Shown: positions 10,147-20,184, counted from the first letter of the whole stretch. The stretch is DNA of 63,953 nucleotides, filler included, from Acidimicrobiia bacterium (GCA_046759765.1; 7 parts of 7 records of this genome joined end to end with filler, not necessarily neighbours in it); one strand, 5' to 3'. Notes: generated from the letters alone by a model not told the origin. Made by a program: numbers and translations.

Positions 10147-10558
10147 GGTGGTTCTTCCCCTGCATCCTCGAACGAGACGTAGGGTGGAAGAATTCGGGCT
10201 CGGTGCCCGGCTCGATGCCCTACTAGTGGTCGAGCCCCTTGATTACGCCACCTTTCTTGCTCTCTGTGCCGAGAGCGCGCTGCTGATCACCGACTCGGGC
10301 GGCCTGCAGGTCGAGGCGACCGTTTACCGGAGGCCGTTGGTGGTGGTCAGAGATACGACTGAGTATCCCGAGATCGTGGGGACATTCTCTTCGCTCGTCC
10401 CCCCGGACGGAGACATCGTGTCAGAGGTGGAGGGATGGCTGGAGCGCCTCGAAGATGTTCATCGCAGTCTTGCCGAGGTGCGCGGCCCTTACGGTGATGG
10501 CCAGGCCGCGGGGCGGTGTCTGGCGGCAATCGACCAAGCGCTGCAGTCCGGTCGCTGA
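10147..10558 (+). CDS. wecB: UDP-N-acetylglucosamine 2-epimerase (non-hydrolysing), C-terminal fragment
   Basis: LPLHPRT, EPLDY, ITDSGGLQVEA, RDTTEYPE, PYGDGQA. Confidence 0.88.
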
Positions 10559-10653
10559 GCGGCTGGGCCGGCACACTGGTCTATAGGCGGTGAGGCCCCC
10601 GTGTACTACTATCAGTGGTCGAGTTACTACTCATTGTGGGGTGGGGAGGCTCA

Positions 10654-12033
10654 GTGGGCGTTGTTGTGCCCGGCGCGGCCGATGCGCGCGGTACAGGGAC
10701 AGTCAGGTGGGGGATCGTCGGCGGAGGAATGCTTGGCTCGACGGTCGCCCTTCGCCTCGCCCAGGCCGGACACGACGTAACTCTCTTCGAGGGCGCACCC
10801 CAGATTGGGGGCCTTGCCTCTGCCTGGAGGGTGGGTGATGTCATCTGGGACCGCCACTACCACGTGACGCTGCTATCGGACAGCAGTCTGAGGGCGTTAC
10901 TTAAGGAGCTGGGCCTCGAATATCAGATCGAGTGGGTGGAGACAAAGACGGGTTGCTACTCGGATGGAGAGCTCTACTCGGTCTCCAACACGGTCGAGTT
11001 TCTGCGGTTTCCTCCGCTCCGACTCTGGGACAAGCTGCGCCTGGGTATGACCGTGCTCCGTGCGGCGCGGCTAAAGGACTGGAAAAGCCTGGAGCAGATC
11101 GACGTCGAGACCTGGCTGAGGACGTGGTCCGGAAATCGTGCGTTTGAGCGGTTCTGGCTGCCACTGCTCCGCTCCAAGCTGGGCGAGGGCTACCGCGACA
11201 CGTCAGCTGCCTTCATCTGGGCAGTCATTCAACGTCTCTACGCAGCTCGTCGCACGGGGCTCAAGAAGGAGATGTTCGGCTATGTACCCGGCGGCTACGC
11301 CCGAGTGCTCGAACGGCTGGGGAGGTTCCTCGAATCCAGTGGTGTCGATGTTCGCCTTGGGGTCAGGGTTCGATCCGTAGCTGCGGCCGGCCTGGGGCCT
11401 GTCATTACAACTGATGATGGCCATGAGCATCACTTCGACCGAGTGCTCGTGACCACCGCCTCGCCGCTGGCGGCGCGTCTTATCGAGGGTATGAATGACT
11501 CGGAACGCGAAGCGCATCTGGCGGTCCGATACCAGGGAGTTGTCTGCGCCTCGATCCTGACAAGCAGGCCCTTGGCCGGTTTCTACGTGACGAACATCAC
11601 CGACGAGGCGCCGTTCACAGGAGTGATTGAGATGACCGCCCTCGTCGATCCCGAGGAGTTCGGCGGTCGGTCGCTCGTTTATCTGCCCAAATATTTGCCA
11701 CCCGGCGATTCACTCTTCGAGGTATCAGACGAGGAGATTCGAGGGGAGTTTCTCGCCGGTCTTGCGCGCATGTTTCCAACCTTCGACGAGGGCGAAATAG
11801 AGGCCTTCCAGGTGTCGCGGGTTCGCCATGTGCTTCCGATCGCCACAGTTGGGTTCTCCGAGCGCCTTCCTGCGGCCGCAACGTCCGTGCCCGATGTCTG
11901 GGTCGTTAACTCGGCCCACATTCTCAACGGAACACTGAACGTCAACGAGACCGTCGAGTTGGCCGAGCGAACGGCCCGCTCTTTGCTGGAGGAAGCCGCG
12001 GTCGCTCCTGTGCAGGCAGGTGTCATCTCGTGA
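10654..12033 (+). CDS. FAD-dependent oxidoreductase (amine oxidase / protoporphyrinogen oxidase-like fold), glycan-cluster associated
   Basis: Rossmann IVGGGMLG...FEGAPQIGGLA and WDRHYH. Start uncertain (GTG 10654 follows GGGAGG; ORF opens at 10615). Confidence 0.85.
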   Translation: MGVVVPGAADARGTGTVRWGIVGGGMLGSTVALRLAQAGHDVTLFEGAPQIGGLASAWRVGDVIWDRHYHVTLLSDSSLRALLKELGLEYQIEWVETKTGCYSDGELYSVSNTVEFLRFPPLRLWDKLRLGMTVLRAARLKDWKSLEQIDVETWLRTWSGNRAFERFWLPLLRSKLGEGYRDTSAAFIWAVIQRLYAARRTGLKKEMFGYVPGGYARVLERLGRFLESSGVDVRLGVRVRSVAAAGLGPVITTDDGHEHHFDRVLVTTASPLAARLIEGMNDSEREAHLAVRYQGVVCASILTSRPLAGFYVTNITDEAPFTGVIEMTALVDPEEFGGRSLVYLPKYLPPGDSLFEVSDEEIRGEFLAGLARMFPTFDEGEIEAFQVSRVRHVLPIATVGFSERLPAAATSVPDVWVVNSAHILNGTLNVNETVELAERTARSLLEEAAVAPVQAGVIS

Positions 12034-12980
12034 GTAGGCGAATGGGCGCGCTCTCATTAGACCTCGACAACAAGTGGTCGTATCTCAAGACCCGTGGAGA
12101 CGAGGCCTGGCGGGACTATCCCTCATATCTCCCTGCGGTCGTCCCTTTTCTTCAGACCTATCTGGCCGAGCGTCGCCTCGAGGTCACCGTCTTCATCGTC
12201 GGCAAGGACTGCGAGCTCCCAGGACATGAGCCACTGCTCAGAAGCATCGCCGAGGCTGGACACGAGATCGGCAATCACTCGTACCGCCACGAGCCTTGGC
12301 TCCATCGATACCGCGATGATGAGGTGCGCGACGAGATATCTCGCTCCACGCAGGTGATCCAGAAGGCAACGGGCGTGCGACCGATCGGTTTTCGGGGTCC
12401 CGGCTACTCGGTCACCGACGCTGTTCGGGAAACACTGGCGGACAGCGATTACAGCTACGACGCCACGACTCTTCCGACATGGATCGGACCCCTCGCCCGG
12501 GCCTACTACTTCCGTTCCACCGGACTCAACCGCGACGACAGAAAACAGAGGGAGGCACTCTTCGGCCGTTGGCGCGACGGGTTCTTGCCCAATCGGCCTC
12601 AGCTCCAGACTGTCAACGGCACACGACTGCTCGAGATCCCGGTGACCACAATGCCGCTGCTGAAGGTCCCCATCCACTTCAGCTATCTCCATCAATTGGC
12701 CGGAATCTCTGAACGGCTGGCCGAGGGCTACCTCGAGACTGCTCTCCGAATGTGCGCGGTGGCCGGTTTCGGACCCTCAGTTCTGCTGCACCCTCTTGAC
12801 TTCCTGGGCCGGGAGGATGTGGAAGGTCTGGACTTCTTTCCCGCGATGAACCAGGAGGGCGAGCTGAAGCGCCAACGGCTGTCGCGCTTCCTGGATCGGA
12901 TCAACGACCACTTTGAGCTGAAGCCACTTCGGGATTACGCCGCGTCATTCGCCGCGCGAAAGTGGAACGATGAGCCGTAG
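12030..12980 (+). CDS. Polysaccharide deacetylase family protein (CE4)
   Basis: SLDLD, TVFIVG, GHEIGNHSYRH, GFRGPGY, LLHPLDF; GTGA overlap with the upstream gene. Confidence 0.9.
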   Translation: MSRRMGALSLDLDNKWSYLKTRGDEAWRDYPSYLPAVVPFLQTYLAERRLEVTVFIVGKDCELPGHEPLLRSIAEAGHEIGNHSYRHEPWLHRYRDDEVRDEISRSTQVIQKATGVRPIGFRGPGYSVTDAVRETLADSDYSYDATTLPTWIGPLARAYYFRSTGLNRDDRKQREALFGRWRDGFLPNRPQLQTVNGTRLLEIPVTTMPLLKVPIHFSYLHQLAGISERLAEGYLETALRMCAVAGFGPSVLLHPLDFLGREDVEGLDFFPAMNQEGELKRQRLSRFLDRINDHFELKPLRDYAASFAARKWNDEP

Positions 12981-12981
12981 C

Positions 12982-14040
12982 TCAGCGGCTTGCTGAAGAG
13001 GCCGCCCGGTCGATTCGGTCTTCCTCCACCAGACGTCGGTTCATGGTGGCTCCGAGGTGGAACAGCTCCTCGAAGTAACGCTTCTTCTGCGCCGAGAGCA
13101 GTCCCAGACTGAGCAGCTGGATACCGACCACGAGGGCTGTTCCGCCGACCACAAACGAGTGCGGTGACTTCTCGAATGCCATGGCTATGGCTTGTGACAG
13201 GCGCGGGTCGAATCCGCCCGAAGTCAAGGCGTATGCCTCGAGCGTGTGGTAAACCGACCAGCCGAGGGTGTAGAGCGCCAGCACGAGGATTACCAGCCCC
13301 GGAAGGGTAAAGAAGACGAAGGGCCGGAATAGGAATCCGCTGAAGGCGAAACCGGTCGTCATCCGCCACATGCCAACAGTGCCTTCCCGGCGGTCCTGCT
13401 GGCCGGTCCAATCGAGATGGGCAGGGATCTCGACGATGTAGGCGTTGAGCAGCTCGGCTGTGTAGATGATCTCGGCGTTGAGCTCGTTATCGACCGACTT
13501 CAGATTGAGAGACTGAATGAACCGACGGTCGTAGGCGCGGACCATGCCGGTGATCGTGTGGATCCCGCTTCGGGAAGCGAGCGAGAGCAGCCAGTTGGCT
13601 ACTCGGCTGGGGACTCGGCGCGTGAAGGGGATAGCGGTGGTCTTGCCAGCCTTCATATAGGGCGAGGCGACAACGATCTTGGCCTGGGAGAGGACGATCT
13701 CGTCGAGCATCCGCTCGATGTGGTCGGTGGAGTAGCTGAGGTCGACGTCGAAGGTGACTATGTAGTCCCGATGGGAGTTGGCGAAGGCGTAACGGAGCGC
13801 CTGACCGAGCTTGTAGTTGCGGAAGTGATGAAGCACCCGAACGTTGGCGTGCGACGCGGCGAACGTCTCCGCCAGCTCCCCGGTGGCGTCGGTGCTGCCG
13901 TCGTTGACGACCAGCAGCTCCCAGTCGTAGCGGTCCTCCAGCCCCCGGAGGTAGGCCACGAACGTTTCCAGATGCTCAGTGATCGTCGGCGCTTCGTTGT
14001 AGGCGGGCAGCACCAGAGTGAAGGAAGGCCGGCGGCTCAC
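12982..14040 (-). CDS. Glycosyltransferase family 2 with C-terminal TM helices (Dpm1-like)
   Basis: VLPAYNEA, VVNDGSTD and DVDLS (DxD) motifs. Confidence 0.92.
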   Translation of the reverse strand: MSRRPSFTLVLPAYNEAPTITEHLETFVAYLRGLEDRYDWELLVVNDGSTDATGELAETFAASHANVRVLHHFRNYKLGQALRYAFANSHRDYIVTFDVDLSYSTDHIERMLDEIVLSQAKIVVASPYMKAGKTTAIPFTRRVPSRVANWLLSLASRSGIHTITGMVRAYDRRFIQSLNLKSVDNELNAEIIYTAELLNAYIVEIPAHLDWTGQQDRREGTVGMWRMTTGFAFSGFLFRPFVFFTLPGLVILVLALYTLGWSVYHTLEAYALTSGGFDPRLSQAIAMAFEKSPHSFVVGGTALVVGIQLLSLGLLSAQKKRYFEELFHLGATMNRRLVEEDRIDRAASSASR

Positions 14041-14061
14041 TCTGACCCCCGCGAATGGTGG

Positions 14062-14898
14062 CTATTGGCCTCGGAACTCGGGCCGGCGCTTCTCGAGGAA
14101 AGCCTGGACGGCTTCGTCGAGGTCTCCGGATCGTAGGAAGGCTGCGTTCCACAGGGCCACATAGTCGAGAGCTTCCTCCACACTGCGGTCGGATCCCGCC
14201 CGCAGCACCGCCTTTGTCCCCTGCACCGCGAGCGGGGAGTTCTCGGCAATCTCGTCGGCAAGTTCCCTAGCCGCCTTGAGAAGGGCCTCGTGATCGGGGT
14301 AGGTGGCGTTGACGAGGCCGATTTCCAACGCACGGGCGGCGTCGATGTCCCGGCCGGTGTAGATGAGCTCCGCTAGGTGGCCGGGAGCGACAATGCTCGG
14401 AAGGCGCTGAAGTGTCCCCACGTCGGCCACCATCGCCATTTTGGTCTCTCGGACAGAGAAAACAGCATCTTCGGACGCCAGCCGGATGTCGCAGCCGGAG
14501 ATCAAGTCGATCCCCGCCCCGAGGCACCAGCCTTGGATGGCAGCAATCACGGGCTTCGGGCACTCGGCGATAGAGGTCAGGGTCCGCTGGAACTGCTTGA
14601 CGAGGTCATAGGTCGCCCGCGCACGGGCAGCGTCGGATGTGGAACCGCTTTCATCGAGGCTCCCGGCCATGAGTTCGGGACCGAGCTCGATGAGGTCGAT
14701 CCCCACCGTGAACGCCGAACCGCGGGCCGCGATGATCACCACTCGGATGTCATCGTCGTCGGAAAGCTCGCCCATTGCCGTCGGGATGTCCTCCCAAAAC
14801 GGCAGGTTGAAGGCATTGCGCTTCTCCGGCCGATCAAGCCACAGCGTGGCCACCGGGCCGTCGGTTTCGAGGGTCAAAACGGAAGAGTCGAATGCCAT
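14062..14898 (-). CDS. Crotonase / enoyl-CoA hydratase family (dienoyl-CoA isomerase-like)
   Basis: RPEKRNA, FTVGIDL, KPVIAAIQGWCLGAGIDL, ADVGTLQRLP. Confidence 0.93.
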   Translation of the reverse strand: MAFDSSVLTLETDGPVATLWLDRPEKRNAFNLPFWEDIPTAMGELSDDDDIRVVIIAARGSAFTVGIDLIELGPELMAGSLDESGSTSDAARARATYDLVKQFQRTLTSIAECPKPVIAAIQGWCLGAGIDLISGCDIRLASEDAVFSVRETKMAMVADVGTLQRLPSIVAPGHLAELIYTGRDIDAARALEIGLVNATYPDHEALLKAARELADEIAENSPLAVQGTKAVLRAGSDRSVEEALDYVALWNAAFLRSGDLDEAVQAFLEKRRPEFRGQ

Positions 14899-14911
14899 CG
14901 GGCGATCCTAG

Positions 14912-15047
14912 AGCGTCACAAGAACCTCTTGACCGGGTTCTTGTGACGCTTACTCACCTATAGGGTGGATTGGCGTCACCAAAACGGTGCGGGTCGCTTT
15001 TGGTGACGCTTACTCACCCATACGGTGGATTAACGTCACCAGAACGG
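14912..15047. repeat. Tandem array (60-bp period) of 49-bp palindromic elements: half unit 14912-14925, units 14937-14985 and 14997-15045
   Basis: 14941-14987 and 15001-15047 match at 41/47 positions. Arms are GTTCTTGTGACGCT / GGCGTCACCAAAAC. Confidence 0.9.
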
Positions 15048-15049
15048 GA

Positions 15050-16054
15050 TCAATCGATCCCCTCCGGCCGGAACAGGTGGTCGTGAAGCCGAAGGGCGAA
15101 CCGGTCGGTCATTCCCGAGACGTAGTCAATGGCCTGCGTCGTGGTTGAAGCGTCGTCGTGGCGGTAGGTCTCCGGTACCTCATCGGGGGCATCCCGGAAG
15201 TACTCGACTAAATCTCGGATGACCATGATCGCCCTTTCCTTCTGTCGCTCGCCGGCGGGCCGGAGGTAGACACGCTCGAACATGAAGTCCCGGAACTCGT
15301 CCATGACCTCGAGGCTGCGGTCGTCCATCGTCACTTCGCCGCGCTCCACCGACTCGGACACGACCGCCCCGATCATGGTGGCGATCCACTCGTTGCCCGG
15401 CTCGCCGAACGTTGAGAGAGCCTGCCGCGGGATATCGCCGTGTCCGAGCACGCCGGCTCGCAACGCGTCCTCCAGATCGTGCGTGAGATAGGCGATACGG
15501 TCGGCGAACCGCGCTACTTGCCCTTCTGCAGTATTTGGGGGCGGCTGGATCTTCCAAGAGTGGGCCCGGATCCCGTCGAGCACTTCCCAGGTGAGGTTCT
15601 TGGGCTCCAGAACCGAGAGCACCCTGACGCTCTGCTCGGAGTGGAGCCATTCTCCGTCGACGTAAGGCGACAGTGCCTCCTCGCCCGTATGCCCGAACGG
15701 CGAGTGACCAACGTCGTGGCCGAGACAGATCGCCTCGGTTAGCGCCTCGTTCAATCCGAGGGAACGGGCCAGCGAGCGACCGACCTGGGTGACGTGGATC
15801 GTGTGCGTCAGGCGGGTGACGTAGTGATCGCCCTCAGGGTTGATGAACACCTGGGTCTTGTGCTTCAGACGTCGAAAGGCCTTGGTCAAGAGAACGCGGT
15901 CCCGGTCGCGCTCGAAGTCGGTCCGGAACTCGTCGGCCTCTTCGGGAACCTCGCGGCCCTTCGACTCGGCAGACAAAGTGGCCGCCGGGGCCAGCCTTTG
16001 CTTCTCGTCCCTCTCTCTCAGGTCACGAGTACGCCGAAGAAAGGCCTCGCTCAC
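15050..16054 (-). CDS. dgt: Deoxyguanosinetriphosphate triphosphohydrolase-like HD protein
   Basis: RTDFERDRDRV, FRRLKHKTQVF, TRLTHT, GHDVGHSPFGHTGE, DRIAY, DYVSGMTDRFA. Start GTG 16054 overlaps the phnE TGA. Confidence 0.93.
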   Translation of the reverse strand: MSEAFLRRTRDLRERDEKQRLAPAATLSAESKGREVPEEADEFRTDFERDRDRVLLTKAFRRLKHKTQVFINPEGDHYVTRLTHTIHVTQVGRSLARSLGLNEALTEAICLGHDVGHSPFGHTGEEALSPYVDGEWLHSEQSVRVLSVLEPKNLTWEVLDGIRAHSWKIQPPPNTAEGQVARFADRIAYLTHDLEDALRAGVLGHGDIPRQALSTFGEPGNEWIATMIGAVVSESVERGEVTMDDRSLEVMDEFRDFMFERVYLRPAGERQKERAIMVIRDLVEYFRDAPDEVPETYRHDDASTTTQAIDYVSGMTDRFALRLHDHLFRPEGID

Positions 16055-16953
16055 GGAATCTCGGTGTCGGGTGTGCGTGGCACTCCCAAGATGGCGACGG
16101 TCCACTTGGACAGTGGTCCCGTGGAGGGCTGCCCAGTGATGATGCGCCTGCGGACGGCGGCCGAGGCGGAGTCGATGAGCAGAACCACGGCAATAAGGAC
16201 CAACAGCGAAGCGAGCGCCTTGCCCCAGTCGGCTCGGAAGGCCATGCGGGAGATGATCTCGTTCCCAATGCCTCCGGCGCCGATAACTCCTAGTACGGCA
16301 GAGGCCCGGATATTTATCTCGAACCGGAACAGCCAGTAGGCCACGATCGTCGGCATCGCCTGCGGGATGATCCCGAAGCGCATCTGCGCCGCCCGGGTAC
16401 CGCCAGATGCTCTGATGGCTTCGATCGGACCCTCCGCGACCCCTTCTATCACCTCCGACGAGAGCTTTCCCAGGGTCCCGATCGAATGAAGCCCGATCGC
16501 CAACGCTCCGGCCAGGGGACCCAGGCCGAAGGCCGGGATGAACATGATCGCCAGCACCAACTCCGGAAAGGCTCGCACTGCGCTCAAGAAACCGCGCACC
16601 GGGAGGTTGATCCAGCGGGGGCTGATATTCGTGGCGGCGAGGAATGCGAGTGGAAACGACAGCGAGGCTCCAATGATCGTGCCAACCCACGCCACGTAGA
16701 GAGACTCCATGATCTTCTCGAAGATGCGGCCGGGGTCACTGAAGTCCGGCGGCCACATTCCGTTGGCGAGACGGAGGATGTCGGCGGGCGCCCGGGCGAT
16801 TCGCGCCGGCGTGATCTCCAGGCCGATCGCGGCCCAGATGACCGGGATGATGATTGCCAAAGTGATACCCCATTTGAGGATTCGGGGTCCGAGCGGCTCC
16901 TGGGGACGCTCCAACCCTCCTCTAACATCCTGAGCCAGGTCCGGAACGGTCAT
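16051..16953 (-). CDS. phnE: Phosphonate ABC transporter permease
   Basis: RAFPELVLA, GTLGKLSSEVIE, FEINIRASAVLGVIGAGGIG. Start ATG 16953. Confidence 0.93.
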   Translation of the reverse strand: MTVPDLAQDVRGGLERPQEPLGPRILKWGITLAIIIPVIWAAIGLEITPARIARAPADILRLANGMWPPDFSDPGRIFEKIMESLYVAWVGTIIGASLSFPLAFLAATNISPRWINLPVRGFLSAVRAFPELVLAIMFIPAFGLGPLAGALAIGLHSIGTLGKLSSEVIEGVAEGPIEAIRASGGTRAAQMRFGIIPQAMPTIVAYWLFRFEINIRASAVLGVIGAGGIGNEIISRMAFRADWGKALASLLVLIAVVLLIDSASAAVRRRIITGQPSTGPLSKWTVAILGVPRTPDTEIP

Positions 16954-18311
16954 ACGAACTGCCTTCTGAGCCACACTGCCAGCCCTTCGATGGCGAGAAC
17001 CGCCACAAAGATCACGATCACGATCGCCATCACCCGGTCCCACTGGAACAAGCTGCGCTGCTGATCCAACAGTTGTCCTACTCCCCCGGCGCCGACGATG
17101 CCGATAACGACTGAGGCGCGGATGTTCAGCTCGAAGACGTAAAGGGCGTAAGCGACGTAGTTGGGAAGGACTTGTGGGAAAGCGCCGTACTGCACCATCT
17201 GCTCGTGTGATGCACCGGCGGCGTTGGCCGCTTCCAGCGGGCCGACGTCGATCGCGTCCACCGTCTCCGAGAGCAGCTTGGCCATGATCGAGATTGAGAA
17301 CATGAACATGGCGAGGGCCCCCGCGAAGGGGCTGCCGAAACCAACCGCTGCCGCGAAGAGAACCGCCCAGAAGACATCCGGAATGGTTCGGATCGTGTTC
17401 ATGATTCCCTTGGCCAACCAGTAGATCCATCCGGAGCGAGCCGTGGGGCGAGCGGCCGAGAACGCAAGGGGCAATGCCACCAAACACCCGAAGGTTGCCC
17501 CGATTACGGCGATCTGGAGCGTCTCGATGAAGGGTTCCACAATTACGTTCGAAGGCGGCTGTCCAAGCGACTTCGGCCACTCCCACTGCGGCGGCCAGAA
17601 ATCCGCTGCTAACTCGCCGACGCGGCCGAGTTGCGTTGCGATCTCGCTGGTCGAGAAGCCGATCGCGTTGACGGCGATCACGGTGAACACGAGTGAGCCT
17701 GTCATGGCGCCTAGCACTGCCTTCCCCATCCACTGCGAGAAGTTCACGCCCAGTCCGATCGCTGCGGCCGTGAGCCCGACGGCCACAAAGAAACCGGTGG
17801 TCAGCTGTTGAAGGGCTCCAGCCTGAACATCGAATATGTTCAAGGTGTCTAGGTAGCCGATAACGGTTGCCGCCTGAATGGCTGCTACTGCCCCGCCGAA
17901 CCACGCCAGTGATGAAAGGAAGAATGCTCCGGGCCGGAGTCCGGGTCGCTCCCGGAGAACGACGTAGCCCGCTGCTGCTCCCGGCAGCAGCCAGCCGGTC
18001 CCCGCTATGAGGGCGAGGCCGAAAGTAATGGACCCGGTGCGCGAAGCGAGGGCCGCGTCGAAAATCGCCAGACCTGCTATCCCCGCCGCCACTAGAAGCA
18101 CGGCATAGAGAGGCTGACGAGTGAAGCCGGTCAGCCAGAAGGTTCCGAAAATGACTAAACCAACCAGAGCACCCCACGCAAGCGGAATCTCACCCAGGAG
18201 GCCGGTAGCACCGGCGGCGAATATCCCCCCAAAAAGAGGCAGTATGTAAGACCTCGCCCGCGGTGGCTCGACCGGGCGGGCCTGTTTAGTAGTGACAGTG
18301 GCCGCGCTCAT
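16950..18311 (-). CDS. phnE: Phosphonate ABC transporter permease with an extra N-terminal multi-TM region
   Basis: RTIPDVFWA, AKLLSETVD, FELNIRASVVIGIVGAGGVG. Confidence 0.92.
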   Translation of the reverse strand: MSAATVTTKQARPVEPPRARSYILPLFGGIFAAGATGLLGEIPLAWGALVGLVIFGTFWLTGFTRQPLYAVLLVAAGIAGLAIFDAALASRTGSITFGLALIAGTGWLLPGAAAGYVVLRERPGLRPGAFFLSSLAWFGGAVAAIQAATVIGYLDTLNIFDVQAGALQQLTTGFFVAVGLTAAAIGLGVNFSQWMGKAVLGAMTGSLVFTVIAVNAIGFSTSEIATQLGRVGELAADFWPPQWEWPKSLGQPPSNVIVEPFIETLQIAVIGATFGCLVALPLAFSAARPTARSGWIYWLAKGIMNTIRTIPDVFWAVLFAAAVGFGSPFAGALAMFMFSISIMAKLLSETVDAIDVGPLEAANAAGASHEQMVQYGAFPQVLPNYVAYALYVFELNIRASVVIGIVGAGGVGQLLDQQRSLFQWDRVMAIVIVIFVAVLAIEGLAVWLRRQFV

Positions 18312-19087
18312 GCTTCGGCCCCTTCCAACAAGTCGTCCGGGGTGATTGCTCTCCCGTAGATTCCTCGGAACACCTCGTCGTCTACCTGGGAGATGTCCCC
18401 GTCATAGACCATTTCACCTTCGTGCAGCCCCACCAGGCGGCGCCCGTACTGGCGAGCCAGGTCGATGAAATGAAGATTGACGATGGTGGTGATCCCCAGC
18501 TCGCGGTTTATCCGCTGAAGATCCTGCATAACTGTGTGCGACGTGACCGGGTCGAGTGAGGCGACCGGTTCGTCGGCGAGAAGAATCGTGGGCTCTTGAG
18601 CCAGCGCTCGCGCGATTCCCACTCGCTGCTGTTGGCCACCCGAAAGATCGGAGGCCCGGACGTATGCCTTCTCGACGATGTCAACCCGCTCCAGCGCCTG
18701 GAGGACGATCTCTCGGTCCTCCGCCGGCCAAAACCCCAGAAAGGAACGCCAACGAGGGACCTTGGAAAGCCGCCCCATCAGGACGTTCTTGATCACGGTT
18801 GAGCGATTGACCAGGTTGAAGTGCTGAAAGATCATGCCGATCCGAGACCGGATGGAGCGGAGTTCGGACGTTCCGGCGCCTACTACCTGGTTGCCCTCCA
18901 CAATTACTGATCCGGAAGCGGGGACCAGTCCGTTGATGGCTCTCAGCAGGGTCGACTTACCGGCTCCCGACAGGCCGACGATGACCAGAAACTCGCCCGG
19001 CTCTACGGAAAGATCGATGTTCCTGATTGCCTCCAACCCGCCCGGATAAACAACGGAGGCGTCCTTGAACTCGATGATGGGCGGCAT
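18308..19087 (-). CDS. phnC: Phosphonate ABC transporter ATP-binding protein
   Basis: GLSGAGKSTLLR, IGMIFQHFNLV, LSGGQQQRVGIARAL, LADEPVASLDP. Confidence 0.96.
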   Translation of the reverse strand: MPPIIEFKDASVVYPGGLEAIRNIDLSVEPGEFLVIVGLSGAGKSTLLRAINGLVPASGSVIVEGNQVVGAGTSELRSIRSRIGMIFQHFNLVNRSTVIKNVLMGRLSKVPRWRSFLGFWPAEDREIVLQALERVDIVEKAYVRASDLSGGQQQRVGIARALAQEPTILLADEPVASLDPVTSHTVMQDLQRINRELGITTIVNLHFIDLARQYGRRLVGLHEGEMVYDGDISQVDDEVFRGIYGRAITPDDLLEGAEA

Positions 19088-19110
19088 TGGGCTGAATCGA
19101 GTCTAGAAAC

Positions 19111-19140
19111 TGATCGGGCCACCCGAAGGTGGCCCGATCA
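19111..19140 (-). terminator. Perfect 13-bp hairpin with a UUCG tetraloop between phnD and phnC (partial terminator or mRNA stabiliser)
   Basis: Minus strand TGATCGGGCCACC-TTCG-GGTGGCCCGATCA followed by GTTTCT. Confidence 0.7.
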
Positions 19141-19163
19141 TCGCGAGTTCGGCCTTTGCTCCG

Positions 19164-20184
19164 TTAGTCGCCTTCAACACCCAGCTGGGCGACGAGGCGC
19201 CGCACTACATCGAAGTCCGAGTCGACCGCGGGACGAATCTCCGTCCACTCGTAGATCTCCTGGAAGACCGCGAAGCCTTCCTCCGTGGCAAGGAACTTCT
19301 CTGTCGCGTCGTAGACGGCCTGGATGATCTGTGCGGGCAGGTTCAGGTCAACTGCCACAACGTCGTTGGGAATCTCAGGCGTGAGATTGAATACGATCAC
19401 CTTGGCGCCAACATCCGCGAATCCGCCTTCTGCGGGTTTCCGGAGGTTCCGACGCGAGTCGTCGAAGCCGGTGCCGAAGTCGAAGTCACCGTTGTACACA
19501 GCTTCGATGGCGGCGACATGAGATGGCGACAGGTTGCTGGCCTCGATGTCGTTCTCCAGATCGATTCCCGCCTCGATGAGCTGCAAGGTCGGATAGAGGG
19601 TGGCCGAAGTCGAAGTGGGACTGCCGAAGGCAACCTTCCTCCCACTTACCGAGGAGATCGGCGCTTGACAGGCGAGACCCTTGCTGACCTCGGTGCCGTC
19701 ATCCAGCACCTCTTGCGTGGCATTGGGGACATCGCCCTCGGGCGCCCACCCGACCTGCTGCGCCAGTACTAGAGGATCGTCCGCCGGTAGCAGCGTCGGC
19801 ACGCCGTCCACGTTCACCAACGCCCCCTCGATGGGGGGCTCGGTGCAGATGGCCGGATCGTTGGTCATCCACTGACCGTGGTAGGTGAAGGAGCCGAATC
19901 GCGCCGACTGCATCAAGGGACCTATGTTGTCGTACAGGGCAGCGGCCTGGACATAGCCGACCGGACCGAAGGCACCAAACTGCGCGCCTCCGGTGCCCAT
20001 GGCGACCACGAGACCGGTGTAATCAGCAGTCACGACGCCTTCGAAGGGAATGCCCAGCTCTTGGGTCAGGTAGTCCATGTAGGGCTGAACGGCGTCGCCC
20101 AGGGTCTCTACCCGCTCCGAGGGGACGAAACCGAAGATGAGCTTCTCTGGCAGAGGTTCTGTCGTGGCCGGGGGTTCTGTCTCA
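19164..20184 (-). CDS. phnD: Phosphate/phosphite/phosphonate ABC substrate-binding protein (5' end truncated)
   Basis: FGFVPS, DYTGLVVAMG, VAFGSPTSTSATLYP, SHVAAIEAVYNG, EIPND. Confidence 0.9.

Noticed and set aside
14912..15047. CRISPR array
   Set aside because: Only about 2.3 units, 49-bp imperfect repeats and 11-nt spacers, with no cas genes in the window; the geometry does not fit CRISPR.
15050..18177. Long fused ORFs in the track (546-aa dGTPase, 708-aa PhnE; likewise 1065-aa GcvP and 348-aa TruB)
   Set aside because: The N-terminal extensions are off-frame readings of the overlapping upstream genes in high-GC DNA; true starts overlap the upstream stops.
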